A stretch of DNA of 64,000 bases from Leucoraja erinacea. Its lineage: Eukaryota. Position numbers and translations under genes: made by a program. Numbering within the stretch: the first letter of the stretch is position 1; each line of letters starts with the position of its first letter. Under the pieces are notes generated by a model. That model ran no database searches and was not told the origin of the DNA. It worked only from the letters and a program-made list of their open reading frames with translations. Positions 24,701-40,400 of this stretch are shown piece by piece. The DNA lies in assembly GCF_028641065.1 (NCBI RefSeq), contig NC_073393.1, positions 20,088,001-20,152,000 of the forward strand, written 5' to 3'.

Positions 24701-27700
24701 TCTACAAGAAGCAATGCCTCAAGAAGGCAGCATAATCAAAAACCACCCCATCTTGACCATGCACTCTTCTCACTGCTGACGTGGAAAGAAGTTCCAGGTG
24801 CCTGAAAATTGGTACCTCCAAGTTCAAAAAGTGTTTTTTCCCTATTAATCATCAGGTTCTTGAAACACCTTGCACAACCCTAACTACAACCCTAACTCAA
24901 CACCAATTCATGAGGGGCTTTGTACTATGGTTGCTCTATGCCATATGTGTTTTTGCACTGTCATGGCCTGTTTTACTTAGAAAAACTAATAATTTATTTA
25001 TTTATTTGTTATTGTTGTTATGTCCTATCCATGGTTGTTGGATTCAGAACTGGCTTACTGATAGAAGATACTGGGTTGAGGTGTAAAGATATATTGTTCT
25101 GGCTGTAGGTCCCTGACCAGTAGAGTTCCGCAGGGATGTGTGTCGGGACATCTGTTGTTTGTAATGTGAACAATTTTGATGTACATGCAAATGGGTTGGT
25201 TAGTAAGTATGCTACAAAGCATACTATCCCTAATCAGCCCTTGCCAATCCAAATGGCTGTATAACCTATCCCTCAGAATACTCTCCAGTAACTTTCCAAC
25301 TACAGATGTTAAGCTCACCACCCTATAGTTCCCAGCATTTTCCCTGCAGCCTTTCTTGAAAAGAGGCACAACATTTGCCACCCCCTCCAGTCTTCCAGCA
25401 CCTCTCCTGAATTTAAGGACTACTCGTAAATTTCAACCAGGGCACCTGCAATTTCCTCTCTGGTTTCACACAATATCCTAGGATATATCTGATCAGTCAA
25501 TGGACAGGGGTCTTGATTCTTGATTAGTAAGCTTCAAGTACACAGCTCAAGTACACAGCTCAACATCTCCATACAGCTCAATGTGCTGCAGCGCAAATCT
25601 GATGTTTGGTTACTGCTCATCTCATTAATCGGCATGTGGATAAATTTATGGTGGGTTTGTTTTGCAAGCTAACTGGGCAACAGGCAGCATATTTTCCATG
25701 GAGCTCACCTGGTGAGGCGGCCTTTCGTCTTACTGGCGTCAACTCCATTGCCCGTCACAGCTGCCAGCTTTCGACTTCGATAGTTTTCGTAGTGGATATT
25801 GTTGGTAATCTCCTTCAGATCCTGCATATGTGTCCTGCAATAAAAGCATGACTAGGACGCGAGTTGAAGCTTCCTTGCAGATCACAAGTATAACTCAACA
25901 CTAAGCTTGTGTCAAACCCAGGAGGCACAGTTTATTCCCCAATAGCTAAAACCACCCACCAACACACAGAATAATGCCACAGAGAAATGGGCCCTGTCAG
26001 CCCACCTTGTCTATGTCTACCATGATGCCTCCTATGCCACTTACCTGGATTAGGCCTGTTTCTCTCAATTCCTTTCCTATCTAACTATCTGTTTAAACAT
26101 CTTTAAACGTGGTAACTGCCTCCAGCTCCTTTGGCAGCTCGTTCCAGTTATTCATCACCCTATGTGGAAAAAAAGACAGACCTCCAAATTTCTCCACTCT
26201 CACCCCAAATTTACTTCTAGGCTCTCCTACCTAGTAAAAAGACAATCTACACTACTTATGCCCCTCATAATCTCATAAATCTCTTAAGGCCACCCCTCAG
26301 CCTATCTCTCTTGTACAGGTCACCTCTGACACAGTAGAGATCTCAATGATCGAAAAACCTGAACTCCTGCTCCCAGCACCAGGTTCTCAACAAACATTCA
26401 GCCGTCTTATCTTCCTATTCGTACCCTCACTAACCATATACAATATCCCAAGATTGTGATGTAGCTCATTCCCAGGTCAACTACACCATTTGTGGATGGC
26501 AAAAACATTTTCCCTGATTGCCAACAACCCTGGAATATAGCTCAGAAACTGAGATTCTTTTGTCTTATATAAAAAGACTAATTGCCTCCAAGGATGGCGT
26601 TTATCAGCACTCTCAAATGAACATTGGATTTTCACTAAAGAGAAAATGAAATACAGTGAAAGAATAATGTGTCATTAATTACAGTTACGGAGCACGTCAC
26701 ACTGTGCTGCAATAACACAATGATTCAATGATTCATTCTCATTGTCTGATGAACTTTACCTGATCAGCATGTTGCGCAAAATGGAGAAATCACAATGGTC
26801 TCCATTTTCAACTGTAAAAGATTGAGAAAAAAGTAAATCAATTTTCATCCTCATCATACAGACATAGGTACTCATCCTACTCTAACAAGGCTGACCCGCT
26901 TATTAGCATCAATATTTCCCTTTTTGTTATGTAATAAACAATAGTCTGTATTTGTGCTTTTGGCACTGATAAACAGGATGCAGTGCTACGGGATTNNNNN
27001 NNNNNNNNNNNNNNNNNNNNNNNNNNNNNNNNNNNNNNNNNNNNNNNNNNNNNNNNNNNNNNNNNNNNNNNNNNNNNNNNNNNNNNNNNNNNNNNNNNNN
27101 NNNNNNNNNNNNNNNNNNNNNNNNNNNNNNNNNNNNNNNNNNNNNNNNNNNNNNNNNNNNNNNNNNNNNNNNNNNNNNNNNNNNNNNNNNNNNNNNNNNN
27201 NNNNNNNNNNNNNNNNNNNNNGATCTAACACTGATAAAGCCAATTATTTGCTGATTTGTGTAAAAGCTGTAGAATGTTAAATCTATGAACATGGCAAACA
27301 TCTGTGGGGAGAAGTTCCAGGATCCAAACACAGTGTTCAACACCTTCCAAGCTTTGTTTGTCCAATTTATTTCTTAATAATATTCCAAAACAAATCAAGC
27401 CGCCTCAACTGTAAAATTATCAAGTTAATTGCAAAATGCTTTCCATCAATTTGTTGCTGTTTCACTGATCAACTGAGATTAAACTGAATGGTCAAACTAG
27501 ATTGAAGGGTTCAAGAAGGAACTGCAGATGCTGGAAAATCAAAGGTACACAAAAATGCTGGAGAAACTCAGCGGGTGCAGCAGCATCTATGGAGCGAAGG
27601 AAATAGATGACGTTTCGGGCCGAAACCCTTCTTCAGACTGATAGGGGGTGGGGGGGGGGGAGAAGGAAGGAAAAAGGGGAGGAGGTGGAGCCCGAGGGCG

Positions 27701-30700
27701 GAGGGGATGGGAGGAGACAGCTCAAGGGTTAAGGGAGGGGAGGAGAGCAAGGGCTAGCAAAATTGGGTGAATTCAATGTTCATGCCCGCCGGCCGCAGGT
27801 TACCCAGGCAGAATATGAGGTGCTGTTCGTCCAATTTCCGGTGTTGCTCACTCTGGCAATGGAGGAGACCCAGGACAGAGAGGTCGGATTGGGAATGGGA
27901 GGGGGAGTTGAAGTGCTGAGCCACCCGGAGTTCAGGTAGGTTCTTGCGGACCGAGCGGAGGTGTTCGGCGAAACGATCGCCCAACCTCTGCTTAGTCTCA
28001 CCGTTGTAAATCAGCTGGCATCTAGAGCAGCGGATGCAGTAGATGAGGTTGGAGGAGATACAGGTGAACCTTTGTCGCACCTGGAACGACTGCTTGGGTC
28101 CTTGAATGGAGTCGAGGGGGGAGGGAAAGGGACAGGTGTTGCATTTCTTGCGGTTGCAACGGAAAGTGCCCGGGGAGGGGGTGGTATGGAAGGGAAGGGA
28201 AGAATTGACAAGGGAGTTGCGCGGAGGGACCGAGTGGTGGGGTCACGTTGGAGGTGGCGAAAATGGCGGAGGATGATTTGTTGTATTTGCCGGCTGGTGG
28301 GGTGAAAGGTGAGGACTAGGGGGACTCTGCCCTTGTTGCGTGTGCGGGGATGGGGAGAGAGAGCAGTGTTGCGGGGTATGGAAGAGACCCTGGTGCGAGC
28401 CTCATCTATGGTGGAGGGAAATCCCCGTTCCCTGAAGAGCGAGGACATTGCTTTGTTCACCTGTGCACTGGTTTAAGGTCGAAAGCCTAGGTAAATAGTC
28501 AGATCCATGCAGTCTTTAACACTGAAAAGTTTAAAAATCTCACATGCACAATCAAAGCTCAACAGAACTTTTACCTTCCGCCACTCCCCATGGATACTGC
28601 CGACCTCTGACCTTTTTCCCACTGACCTCAAAGACAAGGTTGCTTCCAACAACTGCCAGGGGTACACAATCCTTCGGAGAGAAGAAATTATCATGAACTT
28701 TCATATCTATCCAGGTAAGCTCCCGCGGCGGCTTGGAGCTCCCGAAGTCGATCCCTAACCAGGGACCGCAAGCTCCACGATGTTAAAGTCCGCAAGGCTC
28801 CCCCGGTTGGAGCTCCCAAAGTCGGTCTCCAGCCGAGGTCGCCAACTCCACGATGTTAGGCCGCAGTGTGGACGGAGATACGATACGGAAAGTAAATCAC
28901 AACTCCGTCGAGGTAAGAGATTAAAGAAAAGTTCCCCACCCTCCACATATAACAAGCTAAAGAACACTAAAACATACATTTAACACATACTAAAAAAAAA
29001 CAAAGAAGGGACGAGACAGACAGTTGGCGAGTTGGCCGTTGCGCCAAATCTATGAACCCATCCATCTACATCAGTGGTCAGCAACCTACGGCCCAATGGC
29101 CGGATCTGGCCCGTAACCTGCAATCATCCGCCCCGCTCATCAAGTATTCTGCCATTCAATCTTGGCTGATCTATTTTTCTCTCAACCCCATTCTCCTGCC
29201 TTCCCATAACCCCTGGCACCCTTACTAATCAGGAATTTGTCAATCTCTAAAGGGCACTGAATGGACAGAAAGACAAGTAAGTATTTACCTTAAATTTCTT
29301 CACCAATTTATTATCATCTTCATCTTCTGTATTTGGGAATTCATAAATCTTAATCTTCTGTTCTTTGATTTCCTTCATAATCTGTGGAGAAAGGAAAATT
29401 CACAAGAATAGCAAAAACACTGACGGTTTGTGTCTCAATCCATGCTTATCAATACTAATGCTAATTTTATAAAGAGTCAAGGCAAAACATAATTCCCCCA
29501 CTCATCACATTGGTCTGAATCACCATCTGACAAGAAAATGCTCTTGATATGATTTGACAAGAATAACATTGAAACAGATAGACACAAAAAGCCGGTGTAA
29601 TTCAGCAGGCCAGGTAGCATCTCTGGAGAAAATAGATAGGTGACGGTTCAGGTCAGGACACTTCTTCAGGCTACCTGAAGGGAGCAGGGATTAGAAGCAA
29701 GAAAAGACCAGGACAAATCAGGGCCGACAACACATGACCTTAGGCAGGGTGGTTCTCTGATAGGCCAACTGTTGGCTAGGGTTAACTGACTTTTAATGGA
29801 GGAAGGGGGTCAAGGAGGGGAGAAGGGGTGCTTGTACGGTACCTAAAATTAGAGAATTGAACATTCATACTGCTGGGTTGTATGTTACCCAAACGAAAGA
29901 TGAGGGGCTGTTCCTCCAACTTGCGATGACCCTGGTTACAGCGACCTCCCAGGGGGAAACCCTGGTAATACAATGTCTACCCCCCGGAACAGACCCCGGT
30001 TACACAGTGACCACCCATAGGAACAGACCCTGGATATACAGTGACCACTGGTTACACTGTGACTTTCCCTCGGACACACCCCGATTACACGATGGCATCT
30101 AATACTGTTACATCATCGGGCATTGCTTTACCTGTTTCTTGAACTGGTAGCACTCCTCAGTTGTGAGGGTGTCCGCTTTAGCAATAAGTGGAATGATGTT
30201 CACTTTCTCATGTAAACGCTTCATAAATTCAATATCCAGAGGCTTCAGCCTGCAAGAGAGTGGGAGAATCTAACTGAGAGCTGCAATAGGAACTGTTGCG
30301 TTAAGGAAGCAGTGAACATCATTCTTCCCCCCCGTGGCTGCTCACATTCAACGTTCCTCTAATATATTCCACCCTTCGCACCAACGATGGCTCTCTGACT
30401 AAATGTTTATTTCACCTCTGTGCAGGTGCAGTGTCTCAGAATGGGGTGCAAGAGGACACATGGACCAGAGCTCAGGTTGGCGAGTGGAGGGAGCGCTTGT
30501 GGCACATGTGAAAGTGTGCAACCTAGACAGTGGCTGAGCAGAAGTGGGAATGGGAACAGGAGGCCCAGCTGTGGGCGGACGAGGCCGGGAGTAGGGCTCA
30601 GCTGTGGATACACGAGGCTGGGAGTGGGGCCTAGCTGCAAACAAAGCAAGGGGAGGAGGGAGACCCATCTGTGGATGGAACGAGGATGGGGGGTGGGGTC

Positions 30701-33700
30701 CAGCTGTGTAGACAGAATATTGTGTTCAATTCTGGATACATTTTCTGGATGTGAAGATTTATGAGAGTATACAGTAAAGATTACTGAAATGATACCTGGA
30801 AGGCGATCCTAGAATGGTATTTAAAATTACGACAGCTGTAGATGAAGGCAGGATAGCTTTCATTGGAGGACAGGTAAAGAACTTGATATGACTGAATAAA
30901 GAGACAGAAGGATATTCACTTCCAAGCAGTAATTGGTGAGTGTCTGGAATTTATTCTGGAGAGGAGGGGGATTTAAATGTAACATTCGTATGGAGCTGAA
31001 TAAACATTTGAAAGGAAGGAATGTGCAGGGTTCTGGGGAGTTGTCGGGGGAGTGCAACCGGCTGGATTGGTGACTGGGATACTTTGACGATCTATTGCTT
31101 ATGGGCCTGTCCCACATAGGCGACTTTTTAGACGACCGCGGGAGACTTTGTTCACGGGTGGTTGCCGGGGAGTCGCCTTCATGGTTGTGAGGAGTTCCCA
31201 CATTTTGGCAACTAGCTGCGGCCTCATTATGGTCGGCGAGAATTTTTCAACATGTTGAAAAATTAGCGGCATCCAGAATGAAGTCGCCATGGGGATTAGC
31301 GAGAATTCTCGAGCCGTAGGTGGGTCGCCAGGAGGTCTTAAGGTTCTCAGAGGTTCTCGAGGTTGGAGCCGATGCTGATTGGTGAATTTAATTGGCTCAT
31401 TGGGGAAAAAAGGTAAGCAGTAGTTTTCAGAACCAAGGAACTAACCGGTAATGTTAAATGTCCGCCGAACTTCACAGCCGTGTATCTCTGGCTTCTTAAA
31501 AATTGTCTCTACTCCTTCTCCCTCCTTCTCCCCCCCCCCCCCCCCCCCCCCCCTTTGAAAGGACTTACCATACACTGTGCTTTAGCTCTCTTAATTACAG
31601 CGCCAACCTTCCCGTTCATCGCGGTGTGTGTCTGTATCACCTTGGCTTTGCAGCACCGTGGGAATTTTTTAGACAACATTCCCTCACTTGCCCTGACCCC
31701 ATGCAACTCTCATGCAAATCTCACCCGTGTCCTGAGGGTGCAATAAAGTACAGGCAGCAGTGCACTCGCGTATCTGCTATCTGTCGCCGGTTCACTCGTG
31801 ACTCAGAGTTCAGGAATTCCTCAAATCTGCTGTCGATATAATTTACAACTGGCTGCCAACTGCAAGGAAACCAGAAAGATTACAAATCAATAATAGACAC
31901 CATCAGCACTTTGGGTGCTTTCTTACACTTGCATGTTTTCCTTTACTTTAGAGATACAGTGTGGAAACTAGCAAACATCACCTATAGTTAATGCTGAGTG
32001 ATGCTCTACCTAGAGCTTTTCAGCGTACTATATCCAGATCCAGAGGATCTCTGGCGTTGTAAGGCAGCAACTCTATCACTGCGCCACTGTATTTTTTTCT
32101 TTAAAAATCTGACAACTTTCCAAGATGGCAGTTACAATTATAAGATACAAGAGACAGAGTAAGTAAAATCTGAAACTACCAATTACTGTTGTCCACCGCA
32201 TCTCCAAATCCTGGGGTATCGACAATAGTCAGTGTAAGCTGTACTCCTCCTTCTTTAATTTGAACCTTTGCGTGTTCAACCTGGAAACAAACAGATAAAC
32301 TGCATTCAGGCCACTGAATACCATGTCTAAAGCTAACACACATTTGCAGTGAAAGTGGAAAGAGCAGGGGTATGAGCAAATTTTAAGAACAAAAAAAAGG
32401 CAGGCAATCATTCAATGGTACTTTGTCACGTGTACCCAAGTACAGTGAAATTTTTTTTTGCATACCGTTCAGTGACAATCCTGCTAGACATTAGGCACAA
32501 TATAATAAAAGCTCTAGGTAGAGCATCACCCAGCATTCTGAAAACTACTGCTTACCTTTTTTCCCCAATGAGCCAATTAAATTCACCAATCACCATGCAC
32601 AATATAATAAATATAAGAGTGTAACACGGTGGACCATACTGAATCTGTACACAACAGTTGCCACATTTTATGTGCCATCTTCGTGGAACTCCAAGTGCTT
32701 CATGGGAGTCGGCATGCACTTGATGGTTCCAACTCAGCATACGGTTCTACACAAGTAGACAAATGCCCAAAATATTAACCAGACATATTCACTAAAGCTC
32801 AAATAAGTCAGGATCTAGTGAGCCTGGACCACAGATAAGAGCAGGGTGTTCAGGAATCCCAAAAGCCACCAGGAATAGCAGAAAGCTTCCAACACACATA
32901 CACACCAAATAAAGTACTCCACAAGCAACAAACACATGAAGAAACAATCACACAAATTATACTATTGAACAATGTGGAGCTGTATCTGTCAACATGAATT
33001 CTAATCCTCATGTCATCAGTCCATCACAGACAAGGAAACTGCTTGCTGATTATCACAAATTGCTAGCCATCAGCTGATGACGCAAGACTTCACATTGATA
33101 TGGACTAGGGAAAAGTAGGGGAAACACCAAGGACCAGTGATGTAGTGAAGACAGGAGAACCATCACTGCTCAAGATGCACAAATTGTGAAAAATAAAGCT
33201 ATTTCACTTGGTGTGCAGCAAGTGGTGAGAGAATTAGCTGGGGATGACCAAACTTCACCAATCCACCATCTCCAGGTGTATGTGCTCATAACAGTACCAA
33301 GAGTAACCACTGCACAGCATTGTGGAGACAAACTCCCATCTTCGCACCCTGGATAACCTCTACTTGTGACAAATGGGCTCGACAAATGCGTTAAAATAGA
33401 CACATTTAGAATACACCTTGCAACTAATGAAACACTATACATCATCAGGCATAGAAAATTGTACTATGTCACAAACTCTACCATAATCTCTATCTCTCCC
33501 CCCCCCCTCACCCAACTATTTTCAAGTTTAATGGACATCAATTGTTGTGAATAAACATCTCCTGCAGCACACAATGGATGAAGAAGCTCACAGCCAACCA
33601 GCAAATCGCCTGCACAGTTTAAGAAAATTAAGGATGATAAGCAACATCTATGAAAACAGAAATAACTTTTCACCGCCTGAGGTTTTCCAACATTTTGTAC

Positions 33701-34448
33701 TTTTATTTAAGATTTCCAGAATCTGCAAATTTTTAATTACCTGTACAGTTTTCTTGATCCTAAGTGACGGACCAGGATATTCCTTGGAGTACAGGTCTGA
33801 CAGGAAGAGTGAATTGATTAATGTTGATTTGCCAAGGCCTGATTCACCTGAAGGGGAAAAAAAACAGTACAGATAAATCTCAACCAGGCATCATAGGGTT
33901 AGATGTGGACACCCAACACAGGTCACCTTGGATGTGGGTCATGCAATGGGTCTTTTCCAAACAGCCAGTCAACTGGATGCTGCAGTAGTTCACTAGTACA
34001 ACCTTCTCATTGTAGCATGAATTTTGCCTACTCTGTACATCACAAACAATAAATGGAACACAGCATGTGAAATAATTCATACCTAGCCAAAGCAATTGCT
34101 GGCATATAATCCAAAACTCCTTGTGGGACAGGCAGCATCACTGGAGAGAAGGAATGGTGATATTTCAGGTTGAGACCCTTCTTTAGACGAACGTCTGAAG
34201 ACTGAGATGATAGAAGAGGGAGAGATGGTGGACACAGTCTACATGGATTTTAGTAAGGCATTTGATAAAGTGTCCCATGGTAGGATGATCCAGATTAAGA
34301 TATGTGGGATTATCAGTGATTTGGCCATAAGGATTCATAACTGATTTATTGATGGAAGACAGTGTCGAGGTGGAAACATGATATTTAGGCTGGATGTCTG
34401 TAACCAGTGGAGTTCGGCAGAGATTTGTGCTGCAAACTCTGTGGTTTG

Positions 34449-34484
<36 letters not shown>

Positions 34485-37400
34485 TACTTGGATGTAACTG
34501 TAGATGGGTTGGTTGGTTGGTTGGTTGGTAAATTTGCAAATTACTCCAAGATTGCTGGAGTAATTGCGAGGAAGGCTGTCAAAGTACAGTGGGATCTAGA
34601 TCAGCTCAGAAACAATGGGCAGAAAATACCTGGATTAGAGGGTATTCACTACAAGGAGTGATTGGACAGACTTGGATTGTATTATCTGGAACACCAGAGG
34701 TTAAGGAGAGACCTGATAGAAGTACAGATCCACCACCGATTTTCCAGCACAATGTCAGCCTCAGAAGTTGGCTATAGGAAGTGATTTTCCGGCTGCAGCT
34801 GGGCTGGAGTCCAGAGGCCCCAACCGCAGGGAGAAAATTTGTCCTGCTGATCGCAAGTCCGGCCATGAAAGCCATTTATGGGAACAGATTGCCCGGTCCG
34901 GAGTTCCAGAGCCCTGGCTGCATAATGAAAATTCGACAGACTGATCGGATGTCCAGCCACGAAAGTCCCGATGAGGTCAAGATGGACCACCTCGCCCATC
35001 CTAAGAACCATATTTTCAGGGAGGGACTTCCGGGGGGGGATTTAAAGTGCAATCTCATAATTGTTTCCATATTAAAGAAGGTGCCGGACCATCAGTTGCT
35101 GGAAAATTGATTATGCATCTGTATATAAAACAGAAGTATATAAAGGCAGAGATAGGGTAGATTGTCAAAACCTTTTTTCCCCAGAATGGAAATATCAAAT
35201 ACTAGAGACCATAGATGTATGGTGAGAGGGGTAAAGTTTAAAGAAGATTTACAGAGGGTGATGAGTGCCTAGAACGCAATGCTAGGTGTGGTGCGACAGG
35301 GAGATACAATATTGGTGTTTAAAGAGACTTTGAATTGGCACATGGATACGCAAGGAATGGAGAGATATGGATTATACATAGGCAGGTAAGAGTGTACATT
35401 TGCATCACGTTCCGCACAAACGTTGTGGGCCGAAGAACCTATTCCTGGATTGTTCTATGATCTACAAGCGTCATCCTGATTAATTGAGTAAAAAATGTTA
35501 TTTAGATGGGTTTGACACATTGTAGGTTGATTTTAATGTACAGGGCGGCAAGGAGGCATAGCAGTAGAGTTGCTGCCTTACAGCACCAGATACCCCCGTT
35601 TGATCCTGATTACGGGTACTGTCTGCACGGAGTTTGCGTGTTCTCCCCGTAACCTGCAGTGTGTTCTCCGGGATCTCCGGTTTCCACTCACACTCCAAAG
35701 ACATACAGGTTTGTAGGATCATTGGCTTGGTATAATGGTATATTGTCCCTAGTGAGTGTAGGATAGCATTAATGAGCACAAATGGCAGTTGGACAGCAGT
35801 ATTAAGCGTCACAAACAGCAAAGCTGAGGGACACATCTCGCAGGCAAGATTGTGGAGAGGGATGTCTGGCAGAAATATCCCATTCTGTTGCAGTCCTCAT
35901 AAAAGTACTCCAACTTTAATATTGGAAAAGAAGTTCCAGGATTTCCACCCAAAGATAATACACAAACAGTGATATTGTTCCAAGTCAGGACAGTGCGTGA
36001 CTAGGAGATGAATCTGCAGGTACTGATGCCCCATGAAGCTTGCTGCCCATGTCGTTCTTGATGTTCATAAGGTCATAAGGCATAGGAGTGGAATAAGGAC
36101 ATCAGGCCCATCGTGTCTACTCCGCCATTCAATCATGGCTGATCTATCTCTCCCTCCTAATCCCATTCTCCTGCCTTCTCCCCATAACCTCTGACACCTG
36201 TGCTAACATGTTGCGGTCACAGTTCTGAGAGCTGCTGTGAGAATAACCCATTGCGATCTCAGTGCATTTTGCGTCTGGTGCACACCAGAGCCACTGTGCA
36301 TTACAAGTGCCGAGAGTGAATGTTTAGCTTGGTCGGTAGGCACTAATCAAGTCGGCTGCTTTGTCCTGAATGTTCATGAACTTCTTGGTAATTGTTGGCA
36401 CTAAACTCATCCAGGCAAGCAGAGGGTATTCAATCATGTACCTTATATTTGGTGGAAGAGCCTGGGGGCATCAGGTGTTAAATCACTCCCCATAGGATAC
36501 CCAGCACGTAGCAATGGTATTTATGTGGCTGAGCCAGATGAGGTTCTGCTTTTTGGCTACATTCAAGAAGATGTATGTGATGGGTGACTTGACAAAAGGC
36601 AATGCTACTGAATATCAAGGTTACTTTGGATGGAATCTCTCTTTAGGAGATGGCCAGTGCCTTGCACTTCAGTGGCACAAATGTTACTTTTTATTTCACT
36701 GCTCATGCTATAAAGTGGTCCATCTTTGTGGCATGCTGATAATGGACTGCTTAATCTGCGGCAGAGCTGCATGTGGATTTAAACATTGTGCAATCATCGG
36801 CAAATATCTCAACTCTTGACATAATGATAGAAGAAAGGGTAATTGATGAGGCAGTTAAGGATGGTTAGGACCAGAATAGTACATTGAAGTAGTTCAGGAA
36901 TTATATTATGGGGCTGGGGCATCTGATCTCCGACAACTAGAATCATTTTCTTTTATACAAAAGTTAACCCCAATCACCGGAGTGTTTTCCCTTTGTTGCC
37001 AATAATCTGTTTCATCAGGGGTCATTATTGCTATAGATAGACATAAAAAGCTGGAGTAACTCAGCAGAACAGGCAGCATCTCTGGAGAGAAGGAATGGAT
37101 GACGTTTCAGGTCGAGACCCTTCTTCATTATTGCTATATTTGCTCAAAAACGGCCTTGATGTCAAAGGCAGTCACTCTCATCAGTGGAACTCAGCTCTTC
37201 AATCCATCTTTGGACCAAATTTGCAATAAAATCTCCAGCACAAGTGGTCTGCCAAAACCCAAGCAGGGCTTCAATGAAGTACCACGTGACAGATGTATTG
37301 ACAAGTTTCCATCACTGGGCAAAGTTAGTTAGATTAGATTTGTCGTTCCTTTGCAAAGATATACCTGTGCAAATTTCTAAATTATTGGGTACAGGTACAG

Positions 37401-40400
37401 GCTAACATTGTACCTGTACCATAATAACTTACTGGAAGTGCGGTGATTTCAAGAGTTCATGTCTTCAGTACAATAACAAGGATGTTGTGTCAACCCATAA
37501 CTGTTTTGTCTCCAACCCTCTCTCATGGTGTAGAGGTTCTTACTATAGCTGGGCTCATCCAAGCAAGTAGAGTGCACTGAAATTTCTGAATTGTTCCTTG
37601 TGAATGGATGAAAGACTTCAGTGAGCCAATGAACAATTCACCTGCCAAAGAATAATCTTTGATCTGGTTTTCTAGCCGCAATGTTCATGGGGTTATCCAT
37701 TTTCGATTCTTGTCAATAATGACTCCAGGATGTAGATGGTGAATAAGGGAACAATGATTAAAAATACCATGTGAAAGCAAGGTGGCTATACCTAGTTTTA
37801 CTTACCCACAACCATCAGCGTGAACTCAAAACCTCGTTTCACTGACTTCCTGTACACCTGGTTTGGGAGGTTTGCGAATCCCACATATCCTTCCAAGGAA
37901 CGGGCATACTGAAAGGAAAAGGATGTAAGAGTTACAGCCATCTCATTTTCCCAGATCCCAGTCATTCCCACTCTGCTTCTCTCTGACCCTCTGCCATGTA
38001 TGTTCTCTGCTTCCCATGTTTCTTGAATATGTAAGATCTGCCAGATGACTAAATGTTCCCACGTTTATACCGTACAAAATTATAATTACAATACAAAAAA
38101 GAGTTTTTAGGATAGGAGTTCACAGATGATGATAAAGGAGATACAGTTTTATGGTGTGACTCTAAGTAAGGGGGTTTGGGCAGATTTCCATAGCTTAGGG
38201 CATTGTCACCAGTTGAAAAATCATTCAATTGTGGAGTGACAAAAGGTGCAGGTGCACAATGCACACAGGACAAGAATGACAATTGTGAGGGTGCGAAGAA
38301 GAACCAAGAGAGCAGTTGAGCCATAAAGAAATCTGAAAACAAGACTAAGAATTTTTAAACTGTCTGACTGATCTTCAACATATAGCTCCAGCTAGCTGAT
38401 GAACAACAAATGCTGTGCCTACACAGGAGATAAAATCCAAAATACCGAATTTTGGAAATCTGAAATACAGGCTGGAGTGGCTGACGATCTGTCTGAGTGA
38501 GACTATTTTAGAATTATTTCTCAATTATTTCATTTTCAGCCACTGCTGGACTCTGCATCTAATTTCTAACAAACTGTCTCCTCTGTCCTCATACATATCC
38601 CTCTGTTTACACCTCTTTCAAATAGAGTAGCTAAGATTAAGATGCAGTCACTGCCAACAGCATCCCTGCACTGCAACAAAATGTTATTGGATTCTCTTGG
38701 TCATACACATGCCCTGTTTTCTCCCACTCTCTACAACGCAGAACATTTATTTCCTATATTTTCCAGTTCCTACCAAAAAAAGAGCTAAATTCAGCAAAGA
38801 ATTCGACATGGTTCCACGTGGTAGATTGCTCTGGAAGGTTAGATTGCTTGGGATCTAAGGAGCGATAGCTGAATGAATAGAAAATTGGTTTCATGGAAGG
38901 CAGCAGAGGTTAATGGTAGAAGGTTGCTTCTCGAACTGATGGCCTGTGAATGTTGTGTGCCTCAGGGTTCTATACTGGACCCATTACTGTTTGTCATCTA
39001 TGTAAATGCTTTGGATGAGAACGGACATGGCAAGATTAGCAAGTTTGCAGACGATATAAATGTGGGTGGTATTGCTGATAGTGAAGATGTTTGTCAAAAA
39101 TTGCAGCAGGATCTTGATCAGTTGGGAAGGTGAGCTAAGGAATGATTGGTGGGATTAAATACAGAGAAATGTGAGGTGTTGCTTTTTGGAAAGTCTAACA
39201 TAAGCAGGACTCTGGTGAGAGTTGTAGGCACAGTGAATGGTGTAGCTCTGGTGAGTGTTGTAGCGCAGACAGATCTAGGAGTGCAAGATACATAGTTCCT
39301 TGAAGATGCCATCTCAAGTAGATAGGGTGGTCAAAAAGGCATTTGGCACATTGGCCTTCATCAGTCAGAATATTGAAGATAGAAGTTGAGAGGTCATGTT
39401 GTAGTTATATGGCGATACTGATTCTGGATGATCAGCCATGACCATATTGAATGGTGGTGTGGGCTCGAAGGGTCGAATGGCCTACTACCTGCACCTATTT
39501 TCTACGTTTCTATACAAGACGTTGGTGAGGCTGCATTTAGGGTATCGAGTTCAGTTCTGGGCACCATGTTACAGCGAAGATGTCTAGTTGGAAAGAGTAC
39601 AGAGAAGATTTACGAGGATGTCACCAGGACTCAAGGCCTGAGCTATTGGGAGAAGTTGAGCAGGCTGGGACTCTATTCCATGCAGTGCAGGAGGATGAGG
39701 GGTGATCTCATTGATGTGTATGAATTCATGAGAGGAATAGATCTGATAGATGCACAACGTTTCTTGTCCAGAGTAGGGAAATGAAGAACCAGAGGACGTA
39801 GGTTTAAGTTGAAGAGGGAAATATTTAATAGGAATCTGAGGGGTAACTTTTTCACACAAAGTGTGGTGTGTGTATAGAACGAGCTGCCAGAGGAGGTAGT
39901 TGAGGCAAGTACTATTGCAACGTTTAAGAAACATTTAGACAGGTACATTGACAGGACAGGTATTGAGGGCTATAGGCCAAACGGTGAGACCAGTGCAGAT
40001 AGAACATGTTGGTCAGTGTGGGCAAGTTATCAATTACCTTTCTTCTATCATAAGGTCAGAGGTGGACATGTGCACTAATGAATTATCGATGATAGATGCC
40101 ATTTGCAACCATGACTACATACAGCAAGACGTAAACCCACCTCATTCCGAAACAAGTTATGAAATACCATTGGCACAACAATAACGCCATGCAATGACCC
40201 ATCTCCAACAAGAGAGTCTTAATTATCTACGTCACTGCCTTACTCATCTCTCCTCCGGTTCCTCGCACCTTCACCCCTCCATCACTCCTGAACCGCGACC
40301 GCCATTCAACACTCAACCATGCACCCCACTGCCAGACCTTCCCCAGCAGCTCTTCTCCACCTCACATCCTCATCCTTCCCGCACCTAGATATCGACTCCA

